DNA of 60,587 nucleotides, filler included, from Sluysia triapertura (Eukaryota), in the NCBI GenBank assembly GCA_046118255.1. It is 4 parts of 4 records of this genome, joined end to end, with 100 filler letters (N's around TTAATTAATTAA, not from the genome) between each part and the next. Parts side by side here need not be neighbours in the genome. Positions count along the whole stretch, not along the records: positions 45,076 to 60,587 come from JBJNIA010226350.1; 3 more parts are not named here. One strand, given 5' to 3'. The position numbers and the translations under genes are program-made. Within the stretch, counting starts at the first letter, position 1, and every line of letters starts with the position of its first letter. Positions 59,339 to 60,587 of the stretch are shown piece after piece. Under the pieces are notes generated by a model. It was not told the DNA's origin. It searched no databases and was given only the letters and a program-made list of their open reading frames with translations.

Positions 59339-60587
59339 ATTTTTAATAAGTTTATTTCGGTAAAATATTTAATTTTTCTTTATATTCTATTTACAAAATT
59401 ATTAATTTTTATCGCCTTTGAACATTTTGAAAATTGTTTTCTTTTTATCGCTCAAATTTCCTACATTCTATATAGTTTTGTTATCAAAAACATTTTTAGT
59501 TTATATATAATACATATTTTCATATTTTTCTTTCAAACGATCCATTAAAACAAAGATTGCATAATAGTAATATAAAAATCAAAATTAAAATCAAAGTAAC
59601 AATTATTGAAATAAATTTGTAACTAATTTTCATAGCATCATTTTAGTTTCTCATTTTAAAGCTACAAAAAATTATGTACAGTTGAGTCCACAGAAGTTTG
59701 TAGGTAATGAAGAGTTGGATAAGATTTTCTTAAACTTAGGTTTGTTATTATTAAAGTCCTGGAGAAAGCGTAAGCGGAAATTTACATCATAAATATAAAC
59801 TTATAAGGACTTTTCAGTCATTTTCTTACTTTATTAAGTACAAAATAATTTATTATTTAAAAAAGACTTTAAAAAATCTTTTAAAAAAAAAAATTATTTA
59901 AAAAAAAGACTTTTAAAAAAATTTTGTTAAAAGTTATATAATTATATCATGGTTAACAATATATATGTAGTATAATATAGTATAAACTTTAACACTTAAA
60001 ATTGATTTAATTTAAATTTATTTAATTTATTTCTAAAATAAAATTAAAGTCATTTTTATTAAGATTATAATGCTTTTCATCAATTTAAAATGAGAATTAG
60101 TGGAGTTAATATAAATTCAAAATTTAAGAACAAATAACATCTGAGTTCAGACTAAAATAAAATAAATAGTTATTTTAAAATAAGATTCTATAAAGATAGT
60201 ATAATATTAAATTTTAATAACAAAAAGATTATAACATGAAAGTCGAAATTGAGTAAAACTAGTATACAATTAAAAATTATTCTCAATAAAAATGAATGTA
60301 AATTAAAGATTGAGAAAATAATGTCATATTGAATTTAAAAGCATTTTAATCGACAAAAAACTTTACTAAAATGAGATTACATATAAATTATATGAAATTA
60401 AAATTTAATAAGATTATTTGGACGAAAATATTTAATATTTTACCTCATTTAATTATTAGTATTGCAAAACTTGTTATTACTCTGAATTAACTATTATCAC
60501 TGTAAAGAATTTTTACTACTTCGAATTAATAATAATAATTATTATTATTATTATCGTTGTGAATTAATTATTATTATTATTATACTG

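Noticed and set aside
58817-59548. 243-aa ORF
   Set aside because: Artefact of translating through an N gap.
1-60587. CRISPR arrays, rRNA or prokaryotic operons
   Set aside because: None seen; the sequence is spliced eukaryotic DNA.

Overview
Very AT-rich animal genomic DNA with GT-AG introns and many (AAT)n tracts. A flatworm-like invertebrate is a low-confidence guess. The window is not one locus: three 100-bp N spacers centred on the six-frame-stop linker TTAATTAATTAA split it into four pieces (1-11300, 11401-24342, 24443-44975, 45076-60587). Host genes: a 5'-partial ROR-family receptor tyrosine kinase (7 phase-consistent exons, 14251-20977), part of a multi-PDZ gene (minus), and a 3-exon divergent type II pantothenate kinase-like gene (minus). 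Transposon debris includes hAT, piggyBac, Tc1/Tc3, maT-like and IS630-like remnants and LTR fragments. Most notable: (1) a decayed Ty3/Gypsy element with a packed accessory cassette between pol and its PPT/3' LTR, comprising an intact 169-aa Cys-rich type I membrane protein with a PPPY tail, a second glycoprotein, a second retropepsin and a RING finger; (2) a 99-bp TG..CA mini-LTR built around a tRNA-like Pol III unit and followed by a tRNA-Trp-like PBS; (3) a same-strand mosaic of PITP, SUV39H-like (chromo/pre-SET) and USP9X-like fragments; (4) several intronless orphan ORFs of possible viral or Polinton origin. All family calls are by-eye motif recognition; no searches were run.
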